Positions 10,600 to 20,012 of a stretch of 55,096 nt of DNA are shown here, one piece after another (position 1 is the stretch's first letter; each line of letters starts with the position of its first letter). Source of the DNA: Verrucomicrobiaceae bacterium (GTDB taxonomy: Bacteria > Verrucomicrobiota > Verrucomicrobiia > Verrucomicrobiales > V1-33); NCBI GenBank assembly GCA_027486335.1, contig JAIXPK010000571.1:1-55096 (forward strand), read 5' to 3'. The notes below the pieces were generated by a model that made no database searches, had not been told where the DNA came from, and worked only from the letters and a program-made list of their open reading frames with translations. The position numbers were made by a program, and so were the translations under genes.

Positions 10600-11164
10600 T
10601 TACCTGGCAGGCGGCGCGGCATCAGGAATCTTCATTTCCACCCCGCGTTTTTTCAGCGCGGCTTCCAGCGCTGCACGGTTGGTTTGTTCAGCATCCACGA
10701 GCGCGACGATGCGCCCGTCTTTGAAGTCCACCGTCGCCGCCGCGACCCCCGCAATATTGAAAATACTCTCGTAAGCCGCCAGCCCGCACGCCGGGCAATC
10801 GCAGCCCACGACGGCGATATCAATGCGCGCGAACTTGTCCTTCCGCGTCGCGATGCGCGGGGCGACGCCGATGGTGTGGCGCGTGGCGTTGCGGAGCATG
10901 TCGTTGAACCGCTCGACGACCCTGCTCCGGCTTCGTGTCCTTGAAAGCCACCGTCGCATCGTAGGCGAGCACCGCCTCCGCGTGCTCGAAGTCCACGCTC
11001 ACCAGCGTCACGCCCGGCAGCTTTTCCATCGCCGCGCGCAAGGCCGCCTCGCGCTGCGGGGAAAAGAGTCCCGTGATGCGATGCGTGGTGGTTTCAGGCT
11101 TCGACTCATCGGCAGCTTGGCCGAAGGCAACCAAGGCGAGTAGTAGTGCGATGAGCGGTATCAA
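10600..11164 (-). pseudogene. secreted two-HMA-domain metal-binding protein, frameshifted at ~10921
   Basis: N-half in 11164-10920 (signal peptide, LPGVTLVSVDFE); C-half in frame 10959-10600 with GCDCPAC and GVAAATVDF; one extra G in CAG-G-GTC. Confidence 0.75.
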
Positions 11165-11233
11165 TTGTGACTCGGAAGAAGGGATTCAAAGAACCGCAGT
11201 CGTTAGGTTTGGGAAGATCATAATTGATGTCGG

Positions 11234-12502
11234 TCAGGCCAGTTCCGAGAGGACGCCGGTACTGCTACCAAACGAGTCGGCGGCGATGCCCATCTGGCGG
11301 AGCATGCGGACGTAGAGATTGGAGAGAGGGTAGTTTTTCTGGCGGTCAAAGGCGACGTGGCCTTGGTGTTTATAGCCACCGCCGGCGAGGAGGACAGGGA
11401 GATTGCTCGATGAGTGGGCGGAGCCGTCGCCCATGTTGCTGATGGAGAGAACCTGCGTGCTGTCGAGCAAGCTGCCGCCAGCTTCGGGGGAGTCGTTGAG
11501 CTTTTGCAGGAGACCTTGCAGCAGCCGCATGTGGGCTTCTTCGTAGAGGGCGACTTGCTCGACTTTCGCAGGCGATTGGCCGTGATGCGAAGCGTCGTGT
11601 TCGCCGAGTTGGGAGCCGGGAACAGTCGGGGCCGGGAGTTGCTCCGGAACCCGGCAAACAATGACCCGCGTGGAGTCGGTCTGCATCGCCAGGTGGATGA
11701 GGTCATACCATTGCTTCGTCTGGCCGACCCATTCGTTTGGATCGCTTTCCGCCTTCGCATCGACGCGCGGTTTTGGTTTGGCGGCCCACTCTTTTTCCTG
11801 CGCTAGGCTTTGCTCGGCCTCGCGGATGGAGGTGGTGAGGACTTCCATGCGCTGGCGGTCGGCGGAACTGATTTCGCGGTTCAAGGCGCGGAGTTGGTCG
11901 CGCATGCCATCAAGGATGCTTTTGCCGTCGTCGAGTCGTCGGAGTTCGCGGGCGATTTCATCGGGCGTGCCGTCCACGAAAAGCTGAGTGAAAAGTTGCG
12001 CGCGATTGCGCTGGCCGGGCAGGGCGACGCCTTTGCTGTTAAATGAAATCGCCGGTCCCAGCAGCAGGTAGGGCACGCGCGTTTGCCCGCCGACGTGCTG
12101 CGCCGCGAGCTGGTCGAGCGTGATGTCGAGGTGCATGTCGTCCATGCGTTTGATGTTATCGGGATGCACGCCGTTGAGCAGCGCGAACTCGGTGCGGTGA
12201 TCGTTCGGATAGCCGAGGTGCGACATTCCGGAGAAGACGGTGAACTTGCCGCGCTGCGGTTCGAGGATCTTCAAAAGCCGCGGTGCATCGTAGTCCAGCC
12301 CTGCTTTTTCGGGGAAAAAATACGGCGCATACGTGCCGAGCGGGCGGTCTAGGATGACCATGCGGCGCGGGGTCGCGGCGGCGGCGGCGGCGCGGCCAAA
12401 TGGGCTCATGGCATCGAGCAGCGGCAGTGCGAGGGTGGCGGCCCCGGCCTTGAGGAAGGTGCGGCGGTCGAGATGGCGTTTCGGGATGTGCAGAGTGTTC
12501 AT
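11234..12502 (-). CDS. DUF1552 (HxxSHH) protein, Tat signal
   Basis: LDRRTFLK, ALPLLDAM, EHDASHHG, NLPVLLAGG, PLSNLYVRML. Confidence 0.92.
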   Translation of the reverse strand: MNTLHIPKRHLDRRTFLKAGAATLALPLLDAMSPFGRAAAAAATPRRMVILDRPLGTYAPYFFPEKAGLDYDAPRLLKILEPQRGKFTVFSGMSHLGYPNDHRTEFALLNGVHPDNIKRMDDMHLDITLDQLAAQHVGGQTRVPYLLLGPAISFNSKGVALPGQRNRAQLFTQLFVDGTPDEIARELRRLDDGKSILDGMRDQLRALNREISSADRQRMEVLTTSIREAEQSLAQEKEWAAKPKPRVDAKAESDPNEWVGQTKQWYDLIHLAMQTDSTRVIVCRVPEQLPAPTVPGSQLGEHDASHHGQSPAKVEQVALYEEAHMRLLQGLLQKLNDSPEAGGSLLDSTQVLSISNMGDGSAHSSSNLPVLLAGGGYKHQGHVAFDRQKNYPLSNLYVRMLRQMGIAADSFGSSTGVLSELA

Positions 12503-15033
12503 TGGTTCAAAAAGGCGCGGCTCTGCACGAGTTCGACGATGAGCGTGCGAAGGCCGTAGTTACTGGGTTTGGCGGCGGTGAGGATCTGTTCGAGCACTTC
12601 GCGGTCGGCGAATTGGATGTCGGTGCCGGTGCCGTAGGTGAGCAGTTTGCGGGTGACGTTGCGGGCGATTTGCTCCGGGTCGCGCAGGAGCGCGCGCTTG
12701 TATTCGGCGAGGTCGGCGAAGGTTGCTCCCTCAGGCGTAATGCCGGAGGGATCGACTGCGGCGGTGAAATAAACGTGCTTCTTCTCCGGGTAATTCGGCA
12801 GCGGCAACAGCGTGCTTTTCCCGCCTTCCAATCCGAGTGGCGAGCGGTAACGTTCGCGGTAGCCGCCAAGCACGTCGTAGTTCTCCAGCGCGAAGCCCGG
12901 CGGATCGATCTGCGCGTGGCAGTTTGCGCATGCAGGCAGTGCGCGATGTTTTTCGATTTGCTCGCGCAGGGTGGTCGCGCCACGGATGTCAGGCTCGATG
13001 GCGGGCGTGTCCGGCGGCGGTGGGCTGGGCGGGCGACCGATGATGCGCTCCAGCATCCAGACGCCGCGCTTGATGGGCGAGGTGTAAGTGCCGTTCGCGG
13101 TCGCCTTCAAAATGCTAGCGTGAGTGATGACGCCGCCCCGGTGATAAGCGGGGACGAGCGGCACTTTGCGAAACTCGCAGCCATCCACGTCGGGGATGCC
13201 GTAGTGTTTCGCGAGGCGTTGATTGAGCATCGTCCAGTCGGAGTCCACGAACTCGGTAACACTGCGATCCTTCGCGAGCACCTCGCGGAAAAAGCTCTTC
13301 GTTTCCGCCGCGAGCGACCAGCCGAGTTCGTCGTCGTATTCGAGATACTGCTCGTCGGGTTTCATCGTCAGCACCTTGCGAAGGTCGAACCATTCGCTGG
13401 CGAAATTCTCCACGAGCGCCTCCGCCCGCGGGTCTGCGAGCATTCGCTTCACTTCCGCGTGGAGCGTCTTCGGCTGGCGCAGTTCACCCCGCGCGGCGAC
13501 GGCGAGCAGCGCGGCATCCGGGGGCCCGCTCCACAGGAAATACGCGAGCCGCGTGGCGAGCGCGTGGTCATTGAGCGGACCGGGCGGCGCGAGGTGGAAA
13601 AGGAAATGGGGCGAGCACAGCGCTGCCTTGTAAGTGGAGCGCATCGCCTCCGCGAACGGCACGTCGCGAGCGAGCCGCTCGTGCGCGAAGCCGACGTAGT
13701 ACTCCGCCGTCTCCTCCCTCACCGGCCCGCGAAACGCACGCGGCAGAAACGCGCGGATGAGCCGCTCGGCGTCTGCCTTCGCATCCGTCGTCACCGGCAC
13801 GAGCGGGTTGCTTTGGAACTGCTCGGGCTGCCACTTTTGCCAATCGTCTTTCGGCGCCGGATTGCCCGCCGCGCGTGCTTCCGCGTGCGTGCGCGGCTCC
13901 AGCGGCAGATCGCCAAAGAGCAACTTGTGTCCGGCTGACGGCCATTCCCCGAGCGGGCCTTCGATTTCAAAACGATGAATCTCCAGCCCGCGTGCATTCT
14001 TCCAATCAGGCGGCGTGTCCTTTTCATCCGGAAGCGTTTGCAATGTGTAGCCGCAGACGCCGATGCGGTGCTCGCTGCGCCGGCCTGACACATGAACGAA
14101 CACTTCAATCGTCGCCGGTTTGTCCGCAGGCACATCGCGATACTCGATGATATGCCGCAAATCCGTGGCCCCCTGCATCCACTCCCAGCCGAAGCGCACG
14201 GGCAGCGGTTTGCCGCCGGTATTGCGCGCGGCAGCGGTCAACCGCACACGATAGTGGCCAGGCGTTCTGGCGGCTTCGCGCGGCATCACGTTCAGCTCCC
14301 AGTGCTGCTGCGTCTGGTGATATAGCACCGCGATTTCGCCCTCCGCCGCTGCACCGCGCGGGACGTGTTTGCGGTTCCCTTTCACCTCGCGGTCAAACCA
14401 CTCACGCCCCGTAAAACTCTCGCGGAACTCCCGCTTCGTGCTCGACGTGATGACCGCGTCCAGCGCCGCATCCGCCGCACGCTGATACGCCACGAGATGC
14501 GCGGGAGAAACCGTCAGCGCCGAGGCGACCGTATCGAAACCGCCGACCGAGCCATCCTCCGGCAGCAGCTCTTTCACATGAACTGCCACGCCAAACAACT
14601 CGCGCAAGGTGTTCTCGTATTCCGTACGGTTCATCCGGCGCGACGGCACACGACCTTCCACCTTTTGCCGTTCCAGCGAAGCCGCCTGCAACTGCGACCC
14701 GAGGTAACCTGTCACCGCTTTCACGTCCGCCGCTGGCGGCCGTTCCTTTTTCTTCGGCGGCATCTCGCCGCTCGCGATCTTGTCATGCACACGCACCCAC
14801 GCGGCTGCCGCCGCCGCATCGCCAAACTCGGGCTTCAAAGTCTCCAGCGAGAAGTCCCCCTTGGGCTTTTCACCCTCATGGCAATCAATACAATGCGCTT
14901 CGAGAAATGGCTGCAACGCGGCGCGATCATCTAGCGCAAAGGTTCTGGCCGCCGGGAAAATGGCGGCGAAGATGATGAACCGGGTTCTCATAAAGGTTGC
15001 GGAGCACAGCAGTGCGGTGATGAGGCGTTTCAT
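12499..15033 (-). CDS. DUF1592-family cytochrome c protein (DUF1587/1595/1592/1588/1585)
   Basis: CIDCH, GEMPP, RRMNRTEYENTL, LATRLAYFLW, TSPIKRG, CANCH, GFALENYD; 4-bp overlap with the DUF1552 gene. Confidence 0.93.
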   Translation of the reverse strand: MKRLITALLCSATFMRTRFIIFAAIFPAARTFALDDRAALQPFLEAHCIDCHEGEKPKGDFSLETLKPEFGDAAAAAAWVRVHDKIASGEMPPKKKERPPAADVKAVTGYLGSQLQAASLERQKVEGRVPSRRMNRTEYENTLRELFGVAVHVKELLPEDGSVGGFDTVASALTVSPAHLVAYQRAADAALDAVITSSTKREFRESFTGREWFDREVKGNRKHVPRGAAAEGEIAVLYHQTQQHWELNVMPREAARTPGHYRVRLTAAARNTGGKPLPVRFGWEWMQGATDLRHIIEYRDVPADKPATIEVFVHVSGRRSEHRIGVCGYTLQTLPDEKDTPPDWKNARGLEIHRFEIEGPLGEWPSAGHKLLFGDLPLEPRTHAEARAAGNPAPKDDWQKWQPEQFQSNPLVPVTTDAKADAERLIRAFLPRAFRGPVREETAEYYVGFAHERLARDVPFAEAMRSTYKAALCSPHFLFHLAPPGPLNDHALATRLAYFLWSGPPDAALLAVAARGELRQPKTLHAEVKRMLADPRAEALVENFASEWFDLRKVLTMKPDEQYLEYDDELGWSLAAETKSFFREVLAKDRSVTEFVDSDWTMLNQRLAKHYGIPDVDGCEFRKVPLVPAYHRGGVITHASILKATANGTYTSPIKRGVWMLERIIGRPPSPPPPDTPAIEPDIRGATTLREQIEKHRALPACANCHAQIDPPGFALENYDVLGGYRERYRSPLGLEGGKSTLLPLPNYPEKKHVYFTAAVDPSGITPEGATFADLAEYKRALLRDPEQIARNVTRKLLTYGTGTDIQFADREVLEQILTAAKPSNYGLRTLIVELVQSRAFLNQ

Positions 15034-15776
15034 GGTGTTTGGAAAAGGCGGCTTTGCACCAGCTCGTGCAGCAGCGTGCAGATGCCGCCGCCTTGCTTTT
15101 GTGAGCGGGCGACAATGCCGGCGATTTCATCGCGGTCACTAAAACCAAGGTCGCGTCCCATGGAGTAGATGGCGAATTGCTGCGCGAGATTCTTCAAGAG
15201 CTGCGGCGTGTCGGCGGCGAGCAGGGTCTGGAAGTCGGGGTAAAGTTCTTTGTCCGGGTCGTTAGCGGCGATGGCACGCAATTTCAGCCACTGGCCGGGG
15301 AAATCCTCGATGAACCGCTGGAAACTGGCGTCCTTGAGCATCCGCTCGACTTCATCGTGCAGCGACGCGCGGAGTTTGCCGGAGGCGGCGAGTTCCGTAA
15401 GCCGCGCATCGGGAATGGAGTTCGACAGGAAACAGGAAAGCCGGCAGGCGAGCGCGTGGTCATCAGGTTTCGCGTCCGGCTCCACATGATAGAGCAACTT
15501 CGTCACCGCCGCCGCGTCCCCCGCCGCCGGCCGCGCTTTCCTCTTCGGCGGCATCTCGCCGGACGCGATCCGGTCATCCACCCTCACCCATATCGCGAAC
15601 GCCTCCGCAGCGGAGAACTTCGGCTTCAGCGCCGTGAGGTCGAGTCCGCCCTTCTTTTCGTCTCCATCGTGGCAGTCGTAACAGTGCTGCCCGATGAACG
15701 ACTGCCCCCGCACATCCGCGCCATCACAGGGAATGATGAGAACGAGGACGGACGCGGCGAGTAAATTGGCCCACAT
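15030..15776 (-). pseudogene. internally deleted DUF1592-family gene (248 aa)
   Basis: Cytochrome domain (CYDCH...GEMPP) joined directly to a DUF1592 part (LACRLSCFLSNS...GQWLKLR) and then to the C-terminal part (LLHELVQSRLF). Middle domains and the second CxxCH are missing; conserved YFLW reads CFLS. Confidence 0.75.
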
Positions 15777-15985
15777 TGCAAATCTCTCTATAAGCGTAGG
15801 AGATCGCCGTCAAGGTCGCTCGCAAAGTCATCAAGAGCGGTGGAATGGGCCGCTTCAGGTGTTAGCCCGGACACACGGCGATTTTCGATGATGGTGCGGA
15901 CCATCCCCTGTGACGTGGCAACGTCGAGGTCATCACCCGGATACTCCTCTCCGAACGCTCAGTCGAAGTCAGTCACAATCACGGA

Positions 15986-17851
15986 TCACTTTCCCTGACG
16001 GTCAGGGAAACCGACGTAAGGCAGCGTGTGGCCTTCCCCCTTGCGGATGACCTTCTTCTCCCCGCCGCGGGTCTCCTGCACCAGCGTTTGAAACGGATCG
16101 CCGCTGTAGCAGACTTCGGCAAAGAACGCGAAGAGGGACGCATTCTCGCTGACAAACATCGGCGCGAGCTTGCCTGCGGTCGTCGTGTAGCTGAAGCCGC
16201 CAATGATTTCGCTGCGTCCGCCGCCGAGCGTTTGGACAAGCGTTCCGCCGCGCTCGGTCTTGTAGCCTAGCACCCACGCGGTGCCGCCGTCGTTGAGGAA
16301 ATGAGTGCCCTCATTCTCGATGTTGAGCTGCCGTGCGAAGACGCGCTGATTCTTGATCGAGAGTTCGTGGCCGGCGACGTCCTCGAAGAAAATCGTCCCG
16401 CGTCCCCTGCTGAAAATCTGCGTGCCAATGCTCCGCAGGATCACCGTGCGGTCCGTGGTGTTCTCGATGCCGCTGCCGACGTTTGCGAGATGCTCGAAGG
16501 TGACCTCGCCGCCTGCGCCTTCGATGCGGAAGGCGCGCGGGGACTTTTTGACGTAATCCACCTGCCCGCCAACCCCAAGGACGCGCTGCACCTTGCCGCG
16601 AATGATGACTGGCTTCGACAGCGCGTAATGTCCGGGGAGAAAGAGGGTCACCGCGCCGGAATCCACGGCTTTCTGGATCGCATCGGAGGCATCGCGTTCA
16701 CCGTTCGGATCTGCGCCGAAAGCATCGGCGACCGCCCACTTCTTCGGATCCTCACGCAGCGGCGCGGGCGTCTCCTCTACAGGCAGGCGCAGCGAACCCG
16801 ACCCACCCGGGAAGGCACGGGTCGGTGGGTGCGAAAAATACTCCGCGACCTTCGGCCCGGCACTTCCCGGCTTGTCCTCGCCGCTCACGCGCAGCGCCGC
16901 GACCCAGTCTGGCGTGGACACATCGCCGACAGCACGGCCATACCCGGTCGTCGCCACATCGCGCAGCATCAGGCGACCGCCATTGTAGTTGATCACCGCG
17001 GGAACCTTCGCTGCCTCGCCCTTTCCCGTGAGGGTGGAATCCACCAGACAGAGCGAGCCGTAACTGCGCACCGCCGGCACGGAATTCTCGCTCCGCAGAC
17101 CGCGGATGGCGACGCTCTGACCTTCGTTGTCGAAACCAAACTGTGTCTGCCCGCGCAGCGTCAGGTGCTCGAACGTCTGCCCGTTCACCGCTCGTGACGT
17201 GGCCACACCACGCCGAAACCCGCGCACTTCAACCCTGCTCACGAAGAGCGGCCCATTCATGTCTCGATGACCGAGATCAAGCCCCACCTCGCCCGCACCA
17301 TCCTCGGAGACAATCAGGCAGTCGCGCACCGCACCGTAGTTGTTGGCATAAAACTGCAGCCCGATCGCACCGGCATTCTTTGAGCCGACATCGAATGTCA
17401 GATTCTCCACATAATTGTGAAACCAATCCGCCGAGCCAAAGCCGCCGCACCACATGATCGCCGCCGGCTTGGCCGCATCGCTGAAGGTGCCGTCCTTCAA
17501 ACGCAGGATGCTCTGGTCGCGGTGCTGGCCGCACAGCATCGTGAATCCCCAGTTGTCCCGGCCTTTCCACTGCTTCGGCCATGTCAGGGTCCGACTCACG
17601 ATGTAGGTCCCCCTCGGAAAATAGATCATCCGGTGCCGCCCGACATTCTCGTTGAGCGCCCGCTGTAGCGCATCCGTGTCGTCAGTCACGCCATCCCCCT
17701 TCGCTGAATATGGCGGCTGTTTGACATCAATCACATAGGGCGATTTCGGATAACGCTGCTCGACGACCGGAGCAGCACCGGCCGAAAGACCAGTGGCAAA
17801 CATCACCACCGCCGCGAGAAACCCGAACAATCTGAAACAAGATGGCCTCAT
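15986..17851 (-). CDS. secreted pectate-lyase-3 / GH28/GH55-like beta-helix protein
   Basis: Signal peptide; AKGDGVTDDTDALQRAL...IYFPRGTYIVS, and a second FGADPNGERDASDAIQKAVDSG...LFLPG repeat. Confidence 0.85.
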   Translation of the reverse strand: MRPSCFRLFGFLAAVVMFATGLSAGAAPVVEQRYPKSPYVIDVKQPPYSAKGDGVTDDTDALQRALNENVGRHRMIYFPRGTYIVSRTLTWPKQWKGRDNWGFTMLCGQHRDQSILRLKDGTFSDAAKPAAIMWCGGFGSADWFHNYVENLTFDVGSKNAGAIGLQFYANNYGAVRDCLIVSEDGAGEVGLDLGHRDMNGPLFVSRVEVRGFRRGVATSRAVNGQTFEHLTLRGQTQFGFDNEGQSVAIRGLRSENSVPAVRSYGSLCLVDSTLTGKGEAAKVPAVINYNGGRLMLRDVATTGYGRAVGDVSTPDWVAALRVSGEDKPGSAGPKVAEYFSHPPTRAFPGGSGSLRLPVEETPAPLREDPKKWAVADAFGADPNGERDASDAIQKAVDSGAVTLFLPGHYALSKPVIIRGKVQRVLGVGGQVDYVKKSPRAFRIEGAGGEVTFEHLANVGSGIENTTDRTVILRSIGTQIFSRGRGTIFFEDVAGHELSIKNQRVFARQLNIENEGTHFLNDGGTAWVLGYKTERGGTLVQTLGGGRSEIIGGFSYTTTAGKLAPMFVSENASLFAFFAEVCYSGDPFQTLVQETRGGEKKVIRKGEGHTLPYVGFPDRQGK

Positions 17852-17871
17852 GCCCTCAGTGTGACCATCCC

Positions 17872-17891
17872 AGATGACATGAACATGACAG
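17872..17891 (-). promoter_or_regulatory. OmpR/PhoB-type direct-repeat box CTGTCATGTTCATGTCATCT
   Basis: Two TGTCA half-sites 11 bp apart, 20 bp upstream of ATG 17851, in the divergent gap before the response regulator; 18/20 identical to the box at 22797. Confidence 0.7.
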
Positions 17892-17984
17892 CGAGAGCGA
17901 ATTCTCTGCCCAGACAGTGATCCAGACGCAAGCCGTGCTTGCTCAATGCCTGGATATCATCAACAACTCGCACACCATCTCTCC

Positions 17985-18662
17985 ATGCGCCTGCTCATCA
18001 TTGAAGACGACCCGAAGCTCGCGCCGCTGCTCGCCCGCGGCTTGCGCGAGGAAGGCTTCGCGGTCGATGTCTCGGGCGACGGCGATGACGGCGCCTTGCG
18101 GGCCGTTGAGCAGGACTATGATCTCATCGTGCTGGACGTAATGCTGCCGGGACTTGATGGGTTTGAAGTACTCGAACAGCTGCGCACGAAAGGCAGACGC
18201 ACGCCCGTGCTCATGCTCACCTCCCGTGGTTCCGTGCAGGACCGGGTGCGCGGCCTCAACGGCGGCGCAGACGATTATCTGAAGAAGCCCTTCGCCTTTG
18301 AGGAACTGCTGGCCCGCATTCACGCGTTGCTCCGCCGCGCCGCTCCCGAATGCGATGCACGACTGCGCGTGGATGACCTCTTCCTCGACCCCCTCGCGCG
18401 CATAGTGACGCGTGGCGGACACGTCATTGACCTGACCGCGAGGGAGTTTTCCATTCTCGAATACCTGCTTCGCCACGCCGGCCGCGTCATCTCCCGCACG
18501 CAGCTCTCCGAACACGTCTGGGACGAGAACTTCGATGCCATGAGCAATGTGATTGACGTCACAGTCTACCGGCTGCGCGAGAAAATTGACCGCAAGGGCG
18601 CGGCTCTCGTGCATACCGTTCGCGGCGCTGGTTACGTGCTGCGCGACCCGGCAAAGTCATGA
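17985..18662 (+). CDS. OmpR-family response regulator (CusR/CopR-like)
   Basis: MRLLIIEDD, LDVMLPGLDG, GADDYLKKPF, LTAREFSILEYL, HTVRGAGY. Confidence 0.95.
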   Translation: MRLLIIEDDPKLAPLLARGLREEGFAVDVSGDGDDGALRAVEQDYDLIVLDVMLPGLDGFEVLEQLRTKGRRTPVLMLTSRGSVQDRVRGLNGGADDYLKKPFAFEELLARIHALLRRAAPECDARLRVDDLFLDPLARIVTRGGHVIDLTAREFSILEYLLRHAGRVISRTQLSEHVWDENFDAMSNVIDVTVYRLREKIDRKGAALVHTVRGAGYVLRDPAKS

Positions 18663-19999
18663 ACCGCGACGAACGCCGCCTCATCCTCTACAGCTCGCTG
18701 CTCATGCTGGCGCTGCTCGCACTAGCCGGTGTGTTGTTGCGCAACTACGTCGCCAGAACCCTCGTCGCCGATGCGAACGTCCAGACGGCTTTCCTCGATC
18801 TGGCGCTGCGTGACCGCTCACGTTATCTGGCAGAGACGCTCCAATCCGATCGCCAGCAGGGCCGCTGGCCGGAGAATCTCGCGGACATCCTCACCCGCAA
18901 TCACGCCGACTATAACCGCGACATCTTCATCCAGGTGTTTGAGGCGGACGGAAGGCTGGCCGCAGCCTCGGTCAACACACCATCCGGAACCACCCTCTCG
19001 CCAAAGGCGCAACGTGTTGGCAGAGAGGAACTGCACTGGCTCAGCGACGAAACGAAAGGAGCCGACGGGCGGACGCTGCGGTTGGTCACCTATCCGATCT
19101 ACATTGGTGCTCCGGATGATCCGAAGGCACAGGCGCTCGGCTTCGCACAGGCCGGCCTGACCCTTCCGGATGCGGCCCGTGCCGTGTCCGTTTTCACATG
19201 GACCATGATCCCGGCCCTCGCGGGATTCGGCATCCTGTTTGTCATCGCCCTCCGCGCCGCCGTGGGGGCAGCGAGCCATCGCCTCCGCCGCGAGGCCGCC
19301 TCACTGAACGCATCGCAGCAGCGCTTCATCGGCGACGCCGCCCACGAACTCGGCACGCCGCTCGCCATCCTGCGGGGCGAGATGGACATCGCGCTCCGCC
19401 GCGAACGGAGCGCCGAAGATTACCGCGCGGCACTGGTCAGCTGCCGCGAGGAAATCGAGCGCCTTTCGGGACTCTCGGAAAACCTCCTGACACTTGCCAC
19501 CGCCGATGCCGGCCAGCAACTGGTGCAACCCGCGCCATGCGACGCCGTCGAGATCGCAAGGGCCGTGCATCAGCGTTTCGCCAGGTTCGCCGCCGGGAAG
19601 GATATCGCCTTCACCCTCGCTGCTCCCGAATCCCTGCCGTGGTCGGCCGACGCCGTGGCCGTCGGACAAATTCTCGGCAATCTCGTCAGCAACGCCCTGC
19701 GCCACACGCCCCCCGGCGAAAGCGTCGCGCTCACCGTTGCCCGCGAATCACACGCCATCGTGTTTCAAGTCACCGATACCGGCGAAGGCATTCCCCCTGC
19801 GCATTTGCCTCGGATCTTCGAACGCTTTCACAGGGTGGACAAAGCCCGCTCACGCGCCGGTGCCGGAGCCGGCCTCGGCCTAGCCATCGTCAAATCCTTC
19901 GTCGAGGCACACGGCGGCACCGTCGCGGTCACAAGCGAAGTCGGCAAAGGCTCCACCTTCACCTGTCGTTTCCCCGTCACTGTTTCCGGAGCCTCCTGA
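18659..19999 (+). CDS. sensor histidine kinase
   Basis: Two hydrophobic segments; H-box AAHELGTPL; N-box NLVSNALRH; DTGEGI; GAGLGLAIV; 4-bp overlap with the regulator. Confidence 0.93.
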   Translation: MNRDERRLILYSSLLMLALLALAGVLLRNYVARTLVADANVQTAFLDLALRDRSRYLAETLQSDRQQGRWPENLADILTRNHADYNRDIFIQVFEADGRLAAASVNTPSGTTLSPKAQRVGREELHWLSDETKGADGRTLRLVTYPIYIGAPDDPKAQALGFAQAGLTLPDAARAVSVFTWTMIPALAGFGILFVIALRAAVGAASHRLRREAASLNASQQRFIGDAAHELGTPLAILRGEMDIALRRERSAEDYRAALVSCREEIERLSGLSENLLTLATADAGQQLVQPAPCDAVEIARAVHQRFARFAAGKDIAFTLAAPESLPWSADAVAVGQILGNLVSNALRHTPPGESVALTVARESHAIVFQVTDTGEGIPPAHLPRIFERFHRVDKARSRAGAGAGLGLAIVKSFVEAHGGTVAVTSEVGKGSTFTCRFPVTVSGAS

Positions 20000-20012
20000 G
20001 GAAACGACGAAC

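Noticed and set aside
15789-15960. Start-less minus-strand frame FGEEYPGDDLDV...DLDGDLLRL*
   Set aside because: Possibly a gene remnant, but no family was recognisable
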